From contig NW_021825901.1 in NCBI RefSeq assembly GCF_006345805.1, positions 1 through 13,981 of the forward strand: DNA of 13,981 bases, read 5' to 3'. The stretch's first letter is position 1. Every line of letters starts with the position of its first letter. The stretch is from Octopus sinensis. Its lineage: Eukaryota. The position numbers and the translations under genes are program-made. Below, one piece after another: positions 1 to 9,193 of this stretch. The notes beneath the pieces are model-generated. The model worked only from the letters and a program-made list of their open reading frames with translations. It had not been told where the DNA came from and ran no database searches.

Positions 1-190
1 ATGATGACGGAAGTGATGATGATGGTGATGATAATGGTGATGATGATGATGATGAAGAGGAATTAAGTTGATGACGACGACGATGATGATTGTGATGACG
101 ACGATGATGATGATGATGGTACTGGTGATGATGATGGTGATGATGATGATGATGATGATAACGACGGCGATGATGATGATGACGACGACA
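1..190. repeat. Degenerate (GAT)n trinucleotide microsatellite with GAC/GGT variants
   Basis: Directly visible GAT/GAC/GGT triplet run with phase slips. Confidence 0.95.
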
Positions 191-257
191 TTAATGGCTT
201 CTCGGTGATGGCGTGTGGTGGCCGCTGTATCGAAGGTTACCCTGGATAACGACGACA

Positions 258-360
258 ACAATAAACAAAAACAACGCGGAGATCAGACACACAGGAGCAA
301 CAAAGCAACAACAACAACAACAACAACAACAAAACAGCAGCAACAACGACAGCAACGATG
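258..360. repeat. (CAA)n microsatellite with degenerate flanks
   Basis: Pure CAA run at ~306-330; explains the poly-Q ORF 213..419. Confidence 0.9.
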
Positions 361-662
361 TCGATGACGTCAGCTACAGCATCAACAAGAACATGAAAAC
401 AAAGGTTCAAACCCCTTAAACAAAACAAAACAAAACTAAAGATAAAACGACCCCCCTCCCCCCACCCACAACAATTCGCAAAGGCAATACAACAAAGGAT
501 GTTATAAAAATTCCTCAAAGGCCTTCTCCCCGCCACCGCGCCCCCCCCCCACTTCAAGCCAATAAAAGCATCAGTGATCCTGTTGAAGTTTAATCCCCGC
601 TATTAACCACTCCTCCTCTGCACCTTTCACTCAATCCGACCCTTTGAGACCCCTAAACGAAG

Positions 663-669
663 ATTATTA

Positions 670-727
<58 letters not shown>
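663..727. repeat. (ATT)n microsatellite
   Basis: Near-perfect ATT run. Confidence 0.97.
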
Positions 728-800
728 CTTTCCGAGTCGGTGTTATGTAAAACTTTAGTGGCCTTTAACATCTGTTTGCGTAACAAAACATGCCGGCCGG

Positions 801-895
801 CTGTCTGTCTGTCTGCCTGTCTGTCTGCCTGTCTGTCTGTTTGTCTGTCTGGCTGGTTGGTTGGTCGGTAGGTCGGTCGGTTGGCTGGTTGGTTG
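801..895. repeat. Compound tetranucleotide repeat (CTGT)n-(TGGT/CGGT)n
   Basis: Directly visible. Confidence 0.92.
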
Positions 896-1203
896 GGAGA
901 AAGTGAAAGAAAAATACAGTTAACACGAAAGGTGCAGGATGAGCGCACATACTAAGCTTAGTGGCAGGCAATGAGTAACTGATCGATAGTCATAGTGAGA
1001 AAGATAAAAACATTTACCGTCTATTTTTCATTCCCTTCGAAGTTCATTCCTAATAGTGGTTTGGATTTCGGCTGTTCCTTCTAGCGTGTCAGGAATCCTG
1101 TGACGGATACCTCTTGTGTGTTAAAATGTATACTGTATTTAGATAGCTAGACAGATAGAATGCATGCGCGCGTGCATGCATTTGTATGTGTGAGAGTGTG
1201 TAA

Positions 1204-1204
<1 letters not shown>

Positions 1205-1234
<30 letters not shown>

Positions 1235-1266
1235 TGTATGTATGTATGTATGTATGTATGTATGTA
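1205..1266. repeat. (TATG)n microsatellite
   Basis: Perfect tetranucleotide run. Confidence 0.97.
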
Positions 1267-1539
1267 TATATATATTCGTACATATTTGTATATTCGCACT
1301 CGCTAGCACAGGCGCGCAAATACTAACATGCGGCATCATACACGCCCCTGCACGCGCAACATAGATTTTATTTCAATGTCGGTTGAACTCCGAATGCTTG
1401 TATGAGTCTTTCGACCAGAATTAGTTGCCGGTTTGAATGTCTGTTGTTGAAAAATGTGCGGAAGTTATCATAGAATGTCCTAATTGAGAAAGAAGATTAC
1501 GAGAAGACGAGAGAGAAAGCTAGAGAAATAACTATGCCT

Positions 1540-1652
1540 ATGTATGTATGTGTGTGTGTGTATACATATATATATATATGCATATATATATAGCATATGT
1601 ATATATAATATAATATATATATATAATATATATATATATATATGTGCATATC

Positions 1653-1701
<49 letters not shown>

Positions 1702-1797
1702 ATATTTATATATATATAGTATATACCTATCTTTCTATCTATCTATCTATCTATCTATCTCATCTATAGCATATAATTATATATATATATATATATA

Positions 1798-1849
<52 letters not shown>

Positions 1850-2010
1850 GAGAGAGAGAGAGAGAGAGAGAGATAGGCATATATGTATATATATGTATAG
1901 ACACAAACGCGCACACATGCACTGTCTCTGTCTGTCTGTCTCTCTCTCCTCTCACACACCACACAGATACACACACACATGCACACATATGTATATAAAC
2001 ACACACATGT
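1540..2010. repeat. Compound microsatellite field (TA)n/(CTAT)n/(GA)n/(CT)n/(CA)n
   Basis: Directly visible juxtaposed arrays. Confidence 0.95.
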
Positions 2011-2037
2011 ACGTGTATGTAATGCAGTGTGTGTTTT

Positions 2038-2130
2038 GGGCGGGCTGTAATATATAAAAGACTTGGCGGAAGAGGAAAGGAGTTATGTTGGGGAAAAACA
2101 GTACAGTTTTACGGAAGAATGGCGGTAAGT
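2038..2130 (+). promoter_or_regulatory. Candidate Pol II core promoter plus first exon ending ATG-GCG|GTAAGT
   Basis: GC box GGGCGGG 2038-2044, TATAAAAG 2053-2060, ATG at 2119 in AAGAATGGCGG (YY1-like), consensus donor GTAAGT 2125-2130. Motif co-occurrence only. Confidence 0.33.
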
Positions 2131-2176
2131 TATGTCGGGATATTATGTAAGACTCTCGCTGTAATCAGTCCCGAGT

Positions 2177-2227
2177 GTGAATAGTTTTGATACACACACA
2201 CACACACACACATATATATGTATACAT

Positions 2228-2278
<51 letters not shown>

Positions 2279-2480
2279 CAAACACACTAATATATAGATA
2301 CATATATATGCACCCACATACATAACCATTGACATACACATACACACATGCACTACACACAGACGCACGTACAGACACACACAGACGCACGTACAGACAA
2401 GTATGTATACAGATAGACACGCACACATATGTACACACATATACTCAACCATGAATATAACAAAGGACACACACACGTAT
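2177..2480. repeat. Compound (CA)n/(TA)n field containing an exact 22-bp tandem duplication
   Basis: ACACACAGACGCACGTACAGAC at 2355-2376 and 2377-2398. Confidence 0.9.
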
Positions 2481-2491
2481 GGTGATAACAT

Positions 2492-2530
2492 TGGTGCTGC
2501 TCCAGCAGGGCCATAGTCTTTGGGCTGAAC
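2492..2530 (+). mobile_element. Short remnant resembling the SINE family A 3' tail
   Basis: GGTGCTGCTCCAGCAGGGCCATAGTC..GCTGAAC aligns with GGTGCTCCAGCATGGCCATAGTC..ACTGAAAC at 3056-3092. Confidence 0.5.
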
Positions 2531-2633
2531 CGTATACATATCTATGGAATTGAATTTGTTTTCTTTCGGTTTTGATATAAAATCTGTTCACCACTTCAAG
2601 GAATCTATACACACATACATACATGCATACATA

Positions 2634-3113
2634 GGCGTAGGAGTGGATGTGTAGTAAGTAGCTTGCTTACGAACAACATGGGTCCGGGTTCGGCCCCACT
2701 GCGGGGTACCTTGGGCAAGTGTCTTCTACTATAGCCTCGGGCCAACCAAAGCCTTGTGAGTGGATTTGGTAGACAGAAACTGAAAGAAGCCCATTGTATA
2801 TATGTATATATATATATGTATGTGTGTGTATATGTTTGAGTGTCTGTGTTTTTCCCCCCCACCATCGCTTGACAGTCGATAGATATATATGTGTGTGTGT
2901 CTTTGTACTTGTGTTTGTAAACCCATCAACGCTTGACAACCGGTGCTGGTGTGTTTACGTCCTCGTAACATTAGCGGTTCGGCAAAAGAGACCGATAGAA
3001 TAGGTACTAGGCTTACAAAGAATATGTCCTGGGGTCGATTTGCTCGACTAAAGCCGGTGCTCCAGCATGGCCATAGTCAAAATGACTGAAACAAATAAAA
3101 GAGTAAAAGAGTA
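2634..3113 (+). mobile_element. Full-length tRNA-headed SINE (family A) with internal microsatellite linker and internal duplication
   Basis: tRNA-like head with B-box-like GGTTCGGCCCC 2687-2697; CCTTGGGCAAGT (CORE/V-SINE-like motif); (GAGTAAAA)n tail; homologous copies at 11255-11578 and 12921-13355. Confidence 0.88.
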
Positions 3114-3510
3114 CACACATACATACATATCTATTCGTGTGTGTGTGTGTGTGTCTGTCTGTGTGTAGAAGCTTATTTTCAGTTCGCAGGAGAGAAAGTG
3201 GATCTTGACGATGGATCCTTCATGGTCTGCCTTAAAGGAATATTTTAAAGCAAAATGCAGCGCAGTTTGTCTGTCTTTGTTTAACTCCAGCCCTATGAGT
3301 CATGCGCTTACAACGATAATTCCTACTTCTTAGCTGTTCTGTCAGTATTTACGCTTTGAAAAATATATCCTTCTGCTTGTTCTATATATTTTTCTGTAAT
3401 CTTATGTCTGATTTCTATTGTTCTTCGGCAGACTTCGTATTTATCACGCGGCCCAAAATAGGGAAAAGCTATATCCTATATTTTAGATAAATGACCAGTA
3501 TATCATATTC

Positions 3511-3726
3511 ATTTCTTTATTGCCCACAAGGGGCTAAACAGAGAGAGGACAGACAAAGGGATTAAGTCGATTACATCGACCCCAGTGCGAAACTGGTACT
3601 TTATTTATCGACACCGAAAGGATGAAAGGTAAAGTCGACCTCGGTGGAATTTGAACTCAGAACGTAACGACAGACGAAATACCGCTAAGCATTTCGCCTG
3701 GCGCGCTAACGTGTCTGCCATCTCGC
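3511..3726 (-). mobile_element. tRNA-headed SINE (family B) flanked by a perfect target-site duplication
   Basis: Reverse complement aligns with 9194-9392; B-box-like GAGTTCAAATTCC; CAGTATATCATATT at 3496-3509 and 3726-3739. Confidence 0.9.
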
Positions 3727-3790
3727 AGTATATCATATTGCTTTCAAAGCTGTATTATACAGCGTGGAATTCTTCATAAAAATGCACGGA

Positions 3791-4060
3791 TATTACTGCA
3801 GTTGATGTAACCGGAAGTGCTGCACCGGTTTATATAATACTTTTGCCGCCACCATTTTAATATTCTGCTTCAAACGCCTGAATATTGTTGCAGTTGACGT
3901 CACCGGAAGTCTCACCATGGATTATATAATATTTTGACTGACATAATTTCGGAATCCTTCATCAAATACGAGAACACTATTGCAGCTGATGTAAGCGGAA
4001 GTGTTGCAATAGATTTAGTAATACATTAACCGCCATTATTTTGCTGTAATAAATATTGTA
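3791..4060 (+). repeat. Degenerate tandem repeat, ~3 units, exact 92-bp period
   Basis: Core TGCAG(T/C)TGA(T/C)GT(A/C)A(C/G)CGGAAGT with the (C/G)CGGAAGT part at 3811, 3903 and 3995. Confidence 0.85.
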
Positions 4061-4380
4061 ATAATACATGAAAATCGCTGATGAGAAATATTGCCATAAA
4101 TAATGTTAACAATACACTTTAGCTGAATGTTTTCGCTAAAATGTTTTTGAGACTGTTCAAATGGAGGTCAATCTTTTAGTTTTCTCCTTCATTGTGTTTT
4201 TAGTTGTCAGATCTGGTCCGATGTATGCAGCATCGGATCTTACTACTGGTAAACTGTAAACCAGTACAACCTGTGTCAGTGGGGGTAGAAAGGGTTCCTT
4301 AGCCGTAGTGAAAGCAATCTGTCTAGGGAGATAACCTTACAATAAATCACTCAGTCCGTAGCTTAGAAATACTAGGTTGA

Positions 4381-4404
4381 TGTATATATATATATTTGTG
4401 TGTA

Positions 4405-4435
<31 letters not shown>

Positions 4436-4477
4436 TGTGTGTGTGTGTCTTTATGTCTGTGTTTGTCCCCCACCATC
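4381..4477 (+). mobile_element. SINE family A internal fragment (TA/TG linker plus TGTGTTTGTCCCCCACCATC)
   Basis: Matches 2845-2866 and 11388-11406. Confidence 0.65.
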
Positions 4478-4499
4478 ATTATTATTATTAGTGCCTTAC

Positions 4500-5424
4500 T
4501 AGTTGGGGCTGCCATGATTGTCAACGTGAACCTCACGAGGTACAAGTTCATCGTACCTGTCTATTACAAACACATGTCAAATCCATTCTGGAACAATATT
4601 CACTCAAGTATCGAAACAAAAACCCTTAACAATACTTCACAGCATAAACTATACAACGGAAATAGCCAGCCTAAGGAAAGCGAAAAGAAAATACTTCATT
4701 GAATATAAAGACCTATATAAGGATCCTCTATGTACCCACTAGATATACTACAGCTTTGTTTCATTGAGGAGGAAAGACCTTCTTTAGTGCTTGGTTGTAC
4801 AATGCTTTCCAATGTGTGTAGTAGCGGCGCGCGCACACATTATTAGCCATTTGAAAAGACTATGGAATTTACAATTAACTGCACCAGGGTTCCTCTTCCC
4901 CGGGGAACCAGACTTAATGGTATACCTGTGGATGTAGGTCCAGCCCTGCTTTGCCGGGTCCTATCTCTGATCACGTTTAGTTGCTATAAGCTAGGATTTA
5001 TTTGTTTCTTCTCTGGCCAAATCATCCTAGATTGAACTGGACTATGATCAAAACCTTCCAAGTCTTTCCTAGTATTTCAGATATTCTCTAACCGGAACGA
5101 CATTAACGAATGCATTCTGTCCCAGTTTTGAAATAATATAATGGGATGTTGAGGGAAATTTAGCTACTATTTGTAGTATATCTAGTGGGTACATAGAGGA
5201 TCCTTATATAGGTCTTTATATTTAAGGAAGTATTTTCTTTTCGCTTTCCTTAGGCTGGCTATTTCTGTTGTATAGTTTATGCTATGAAGTATTGTTAATG
5301 GTTTTTGTTTCGATACTTGAGTGAATAATGTTGGAGAATGGATTTGTCACGTGTTTGTAGTAGACAGGTACAATGAACTTGTACCTCGTGAGATTCACGT
5401 TGACAATCATTGCAGCCCCAACTA
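4500..5424. repeat. Long inverted repeat: 253-bp arms (4500-4752 and 5172-5424) around a 419-bp spacer
   Basis: Manual alignment gives 14 mismatches, no indels (~94.5% identity). Confidence 0.95.
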
Positions 5425-5512
5425 ATAATAGGGTCAATGATATCTTCGCAAATATTTTTCTCCTGAATTACTTGCTCCGTATTGAATATATATATATATA
5501 TAATATATATAT

Positions 5513-5676
5513 AAATATTGAATTTCTAAATTTCTCGTAGAGAATGTACGGTGGTGGGGCGATAGAATGGTTGTATACTGTCAATCTAACAAGAACGTGA
5601 CAGTAGGGGGTACACCACCGCTGTATAGCCCCACCACCGTACATGTCTCTACGAGAGATTTAGAAATTCAATATTT
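5513..5676. repeat. Hairpin with 48/49-bp arms (5513-5560 and 5628-5676) and a 67-nt loop
   Basis: Arms differ by one substitution and one indel. Confidence 0.93.
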
Positions 5677-5983
5677 CTTATTTTGATAATCAGTGAATAG
5701 ACTTCACTGAGTATAAATATATACAATTACGAAGTCGAGACAAATATCACCAGTTGACCGGTGTCTGCTACTCTAGGCCGATGAAGGACAACGATCCTGA
5801 AACACGTGTCCCTAGATGCAGTTTCGGCAGCCGGGGGTGTTTGTCTCCCCTCGTATATGATAAGGACACAGGGAAAAATGTGTCAAAAGCCATCAGGAGG
5901 CGTTCGATGCTTCCTAGGGCTATACAGCGGTGGTACCCCCCCTACTGTCACGTTCTTGTTAGATTGACAGTATACAACCATTC
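5565..5983 (+). mobile_element. Probable Penelope-like element pseudo-LTR remnant with an inverted copy of its end
   Basis: Contains a minimal hammerhead motif; 5917-5983 is the near-exact reverse complement of 5565-5631; no RT or GIY-YIG ORF seen. Confidence 0.62.
5765..5821 (+). ncRNA. Minimal type I hammerhead ribozyme motif (U4C core variant)
   Basis: Stem I TCTAGG 5772-77 / CCTAGA 5811-16; core CCGATGA 5778-84; stem II AGGA-caacga-TCCT 5785-98; GAAA 5799-5802; palindromic stem III ACACGTGT 5802-09; GUC triplet, predicted cut after 5810; stem I extended by CTGC 5765-68 / GCAG 5818-21. Confidence 0.8.
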
Positions 5984-6033
5984 CATATATATATATTATA
6001 TATATATTATATATATATATATATATAATATAT

Positions 6034-6082
6034 ATGGTGGGGGGGCAAACACAGATACAAAGACACACACACGCACATATAT
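6034..6082 (-). mobile_element. SINE family A internal fragment, inverted
   Basis: Reverse complement GTGTGTGTCTTTGTATCTGTGTTTGCCCCCCCACCAT matches 4441-4476. Confidence 0.6.
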
Positions 6083-6087
6083 GCACA

Positions 6088-6149
6088 CATGAGCAGGCTG
6101 TTCTGTTGATTGGTCCAACGGGAACCCTTGTCATCGTAACCGACGGAAT
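6088..6149 (+). mobile_element. Probable 3' fragment of another abundant SINE-like repeat (family C)
   Basis: GAGCAGGCTGTTCTGTTGATTGGTCCAACGGGAACCCTTGTCATCGTAAC resembles an octopus repeat as I recall it; single copy in this window, so not internally verifiable. Confidence 0.4.
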
Positions 6150-6458
6150 GCTTGATTATATCATGCGCACATGATATAATGCCTCACTTGCGTACTCACC
6201 AAGTAACGATTCCTTTATAAATAACGAAGGAAGTGTTTCCAAGAAGCCACTAAATCAGGTCTATGCTCAAAAATGTCAAAAGACTGCAACTGAATATAAT
6301 AACTCTCTGGAGTACCCAAGATGTTGCTGTGGATTAGCCTTTCGTTAGACCTTCCTTTATATAAAGAAAGCCGCCACAGCCATGACCATCAAGGATTTTT
6401 GTAGATATAATTCTGTGAAGCATAGCTACAGAATATGTTCCTTTTGAAGGTGATAAAA

Positions 6459-6643
6459 ATATTATTTAAAGATCATTTGGTTCCCATTCTGAGAGATCGA
6501 GAGGACATTCTCTCAAGCTGTCACCACGATATGTGATTTCTTTAGGTTTAGTAAATTTTTCCATTAATAAAATAAAATAAACCGTTTGGCCACACATAGT
6601 GGTTGCTAAATATGCGACCGTCAAGATTTGTACAGGATGTAAG
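6459..6643 (+). pseudogene. Possible decayed Gypsy/Ginger-type integrase zinc-binding (HHCC) fragment
   Basis: ILFKDHLVPILRDREDILSSCHHD, then a frameshift, then SLGLVNFSINKIK*TVWPHIVVAKYATVKICTGCK; G-x13-W and W-x13-C-x2-C spacing fits the integrase motif; second His lost. Confidence 0.4.
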
Positions 6644-6849
6644 TAATTATAAAATATAATTAAGTGATTGATTTTTTTTAAATATTCAATATATTGTGAT
6701 ATAATTGCTTCTACGTAATTCATTTTATCGATCTGCAATCGATGACAGAAAATAATTGCTACATCAACACACACATACACATTATTTTATACACGCACAC
6801 ATATACTCATACACACACATACACACGCATACACATCAGCAAGCTTACA

Positions 6850-7010
6850 ACAGACGCGGACATCTCCGTCCGTAATTCGTCGCTCGCGAAGAGAAACCAT
6901 GTGACTGACGCACGGTCTTGTTTTTCACTGCCGCCATTTTGGAGCGTTTCGTGCCGTGTGATGAGTTCATGGCTTACCACTGACGTCACACTCACAGATT
7001 CCGCAAACCA
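6850..7010 (-). promoter_or_regulatory. CpG-rich unique island with YY1 and CRE consensus sites
   Basis: About 16 CpG in ~160 bp; GCCGCCATTTTG 6930-6941; TGACGTCA 6981-6988; minus-strand GTAAGC donors at 6977 and 6848. Confidence 0.3.
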
Positions 7011-7016
7011 CCAACA

Positions 7017-7111
7017 GCACAACAACAACAACAACTACCACCACCACTACTACTACTACTACACTACTACTACTACTGCTGCTGCTGCTGTTGCTACTAC
7101 TACTACTACTA

Positions 7112-7178
<67 letters not shown>

Positions 7179-7197
7179 TTTGCTGCTGCTGCTGCTG

Positions 7198-7240
<43 letters not shown>

Positions 7241-7400
7241 CACTACTACTAAAAACGATAGTGCTACTTATACTCTACTATTACTACTATTTTTACAGCT
7301 GCTACTACAAATACTACTACTTCTACAACTACTCGACTCGTGCAACAACAACAACGACACCTACTACTACATCCATCATCATCACCAGCATCAGTAACCT
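7017..7400. repeat. Compound trinucleotide field (CAA)(CAC)(TAC)(TGC)(TAC)
   Basis: Directly visible; produces the poly-L/poly-T ORF 6742..7404. Confidence 0.95.
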
Positions 7401-7646
7401 GTAGTACCAATACTAATAGCATTGTCTTGCTGTTCGCATTGTTGCTGCTGTTTCTTTTGCTGTTGATGTTCGTTAGCATTTGCTGCTGGTGCTGTTTCCT
7501 TCTTCTGTTTACTGCTGCAAGGATTTTATTTTCTTCCCGTTCTTCATTCTTCGCTTTTCGTTCGCTTTTTTTTTCCTGCTTTTGTCTTCTTGTCTGTTTT
7601 GGCCAAATATTGTTTTGCCCTTCTCTTTCAATCCATCTCAATTTGA

Positions 7647-7780
7647 GTCTCTCTCTCTCTCTCTCTCTCTCTCCCTCCCTCCCTCTCTCCCTCCCCCTGT
7701 CTCTGTCTCTCTCCCTCTCCCTCGGTCTCTCTCTTTCTCCCTCGGTCTCTCTCTTTCTCCCTCGGTCTCTCTCTCTCTTT
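7647..7780. repeat. (CT)n-rich tract with a 20-bp minisatellite
   Basis: CTCGGTCTCTCTCTTTCTCC at 7721, 7741 and partially 7761. Confidence 0.9.
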
Positions 7781-7844
7781 CATTCTCTCTAACATTCTCT
7801 TCCGACACACGGAAACGCAAACACAGTCTCTTTAAATCTCTCTC

Positions 7845-7915
7845 TCACTCACGCACACACACACTTACATATACATACATACATACCTACCTACCTACCT
7901 ACATACATACATACA

Positions 7916-7948
<33 letters not shown>

Positions 7949-8091
7949 GTATACATGGATACACACATACATACATGCATACATACATATATATATGTAA
8001 ATATATATATATATGGAAATATATATATATATATGCATGCATGTTGTTATATATATATATATATATAATTTAATCCAAAGGAAAACAAAAA

Positions 8092-8144
<53 letters not shown>

Positions 8145-8145
8145 A
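7845..8145. repeat. Compound (CA)/(TACA)/(TACC)/(TA) field
   Basis: Directly visible. Confidence 0.93.
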
Positions 8146-8269
8146 TTAGTGTACATTTATGCACAAAAGACGTGACCTAACAGGACACCTTACATGCTAG
8201 AAGGAACAGTCAAAGTCCAAACCACTTTAATTTTCCTACCCTATATATTCTCTCTCTCTCTCTCTCTCC

Positions 8270-8735
8270 TCTGTATATATATATATATGTATTGTATGTA
8301 GGTCTATATATTTATACGGGTACACCTATAGAGGTTTCTCCTTCACCAACATTTCCACTCTCTTTCTCTCAGTACACACACACACACATTTATATATATA
8401 TGTGTATATACATAATGTTTATGCATGTAGGATGTATGCATATACTTATGTACATCTGTGTGTATATGTGTATGCTGGAGAAGCACATAATGGGGTGTAT
8501 ATGTGTCTGTACGTAGGTTTGTGTGTGTGTTCGCGTGCATGTATGTATATATATATAAACTCACAAAAACACTCATACACGTAAACGGGTACATATATAT
8601 ATATATTTATATTCACCTATACACATAAACGGGTATATATGTATATGTTCATATCCACCCCAGCATGCCTCTCCCTTTCTTTCTCTCTCTCTCTGTTCTC
8701 TCTCTCTCTCTCTCTCTATCTCTTTCTCTCTCTCT
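8270..8735. repeat. Degenerate (TA)/(TG)/(CT) field
   Basis: Directly visible. Confidence 0.85.
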
Positions 8736-9033
8736 AACCAAAATGTCTGTGAATATAGAATTTATTCTGTCTTTGAAGTTTCCCAAGCGGAAGCTAACCG
8801 AAACGAACTGTGTCAGCCTCACTCCATGATATTAGGAGAGGGAGGGGCACCTATTGAGCAAGGATGGCCAAGGTGACTGGTTGGTTGGTTGGAGGGGAGG
8901 GGGAATTGGTGTGATCTGAGGTGTGGTATATTGCGTTTTGAGCACGATATTTGGGGGAAAATGGGAGGGCGAACATCAGTCATTTTATTATTGTTGATGT
9001 TCTGATTATTACTCTTGTTGCTGTTGCTGTTGA

Positions 9034-9088
<55 letters not shown>

Positions 9089-9137
9089 GTCGTTGTTATT
9101 GATGCTGTTGTTGTGGATGATATCGATGTTGTTATTG

Positions 9138-9192
<55 letters not shown>
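9034..9192. repeat. (ATT)n arrays with degenerate GTT spacer
   Basis: Directly visible. Confidence 0.96.

Positions 9193-9193
<1 letters not shown>

Noticed and set aside
1-190. Asp-rich acidic coding tract
   Set aside because: Phase slips and TGA/TAA stops break the GAT frame
2634-2710. tRNA gene calls for the SINE heads (also 9194 and 13551)
   Set aside because: No complete cloverleaf is evident, and each continues into a SINE body
3938-3968. Minus-strand near-hammerhead TTGATGA-AGGATTCC-GAAA-TTATGTC
   Set aside because: C3 is missing, stem II is poor and there is no stem I complementarity; not retained in the other 92-bp units
6546-6638. 93-bp AG...GTAAGT-bounded candidate coding exon
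   Set aside because: All three reading frames contain stop codons
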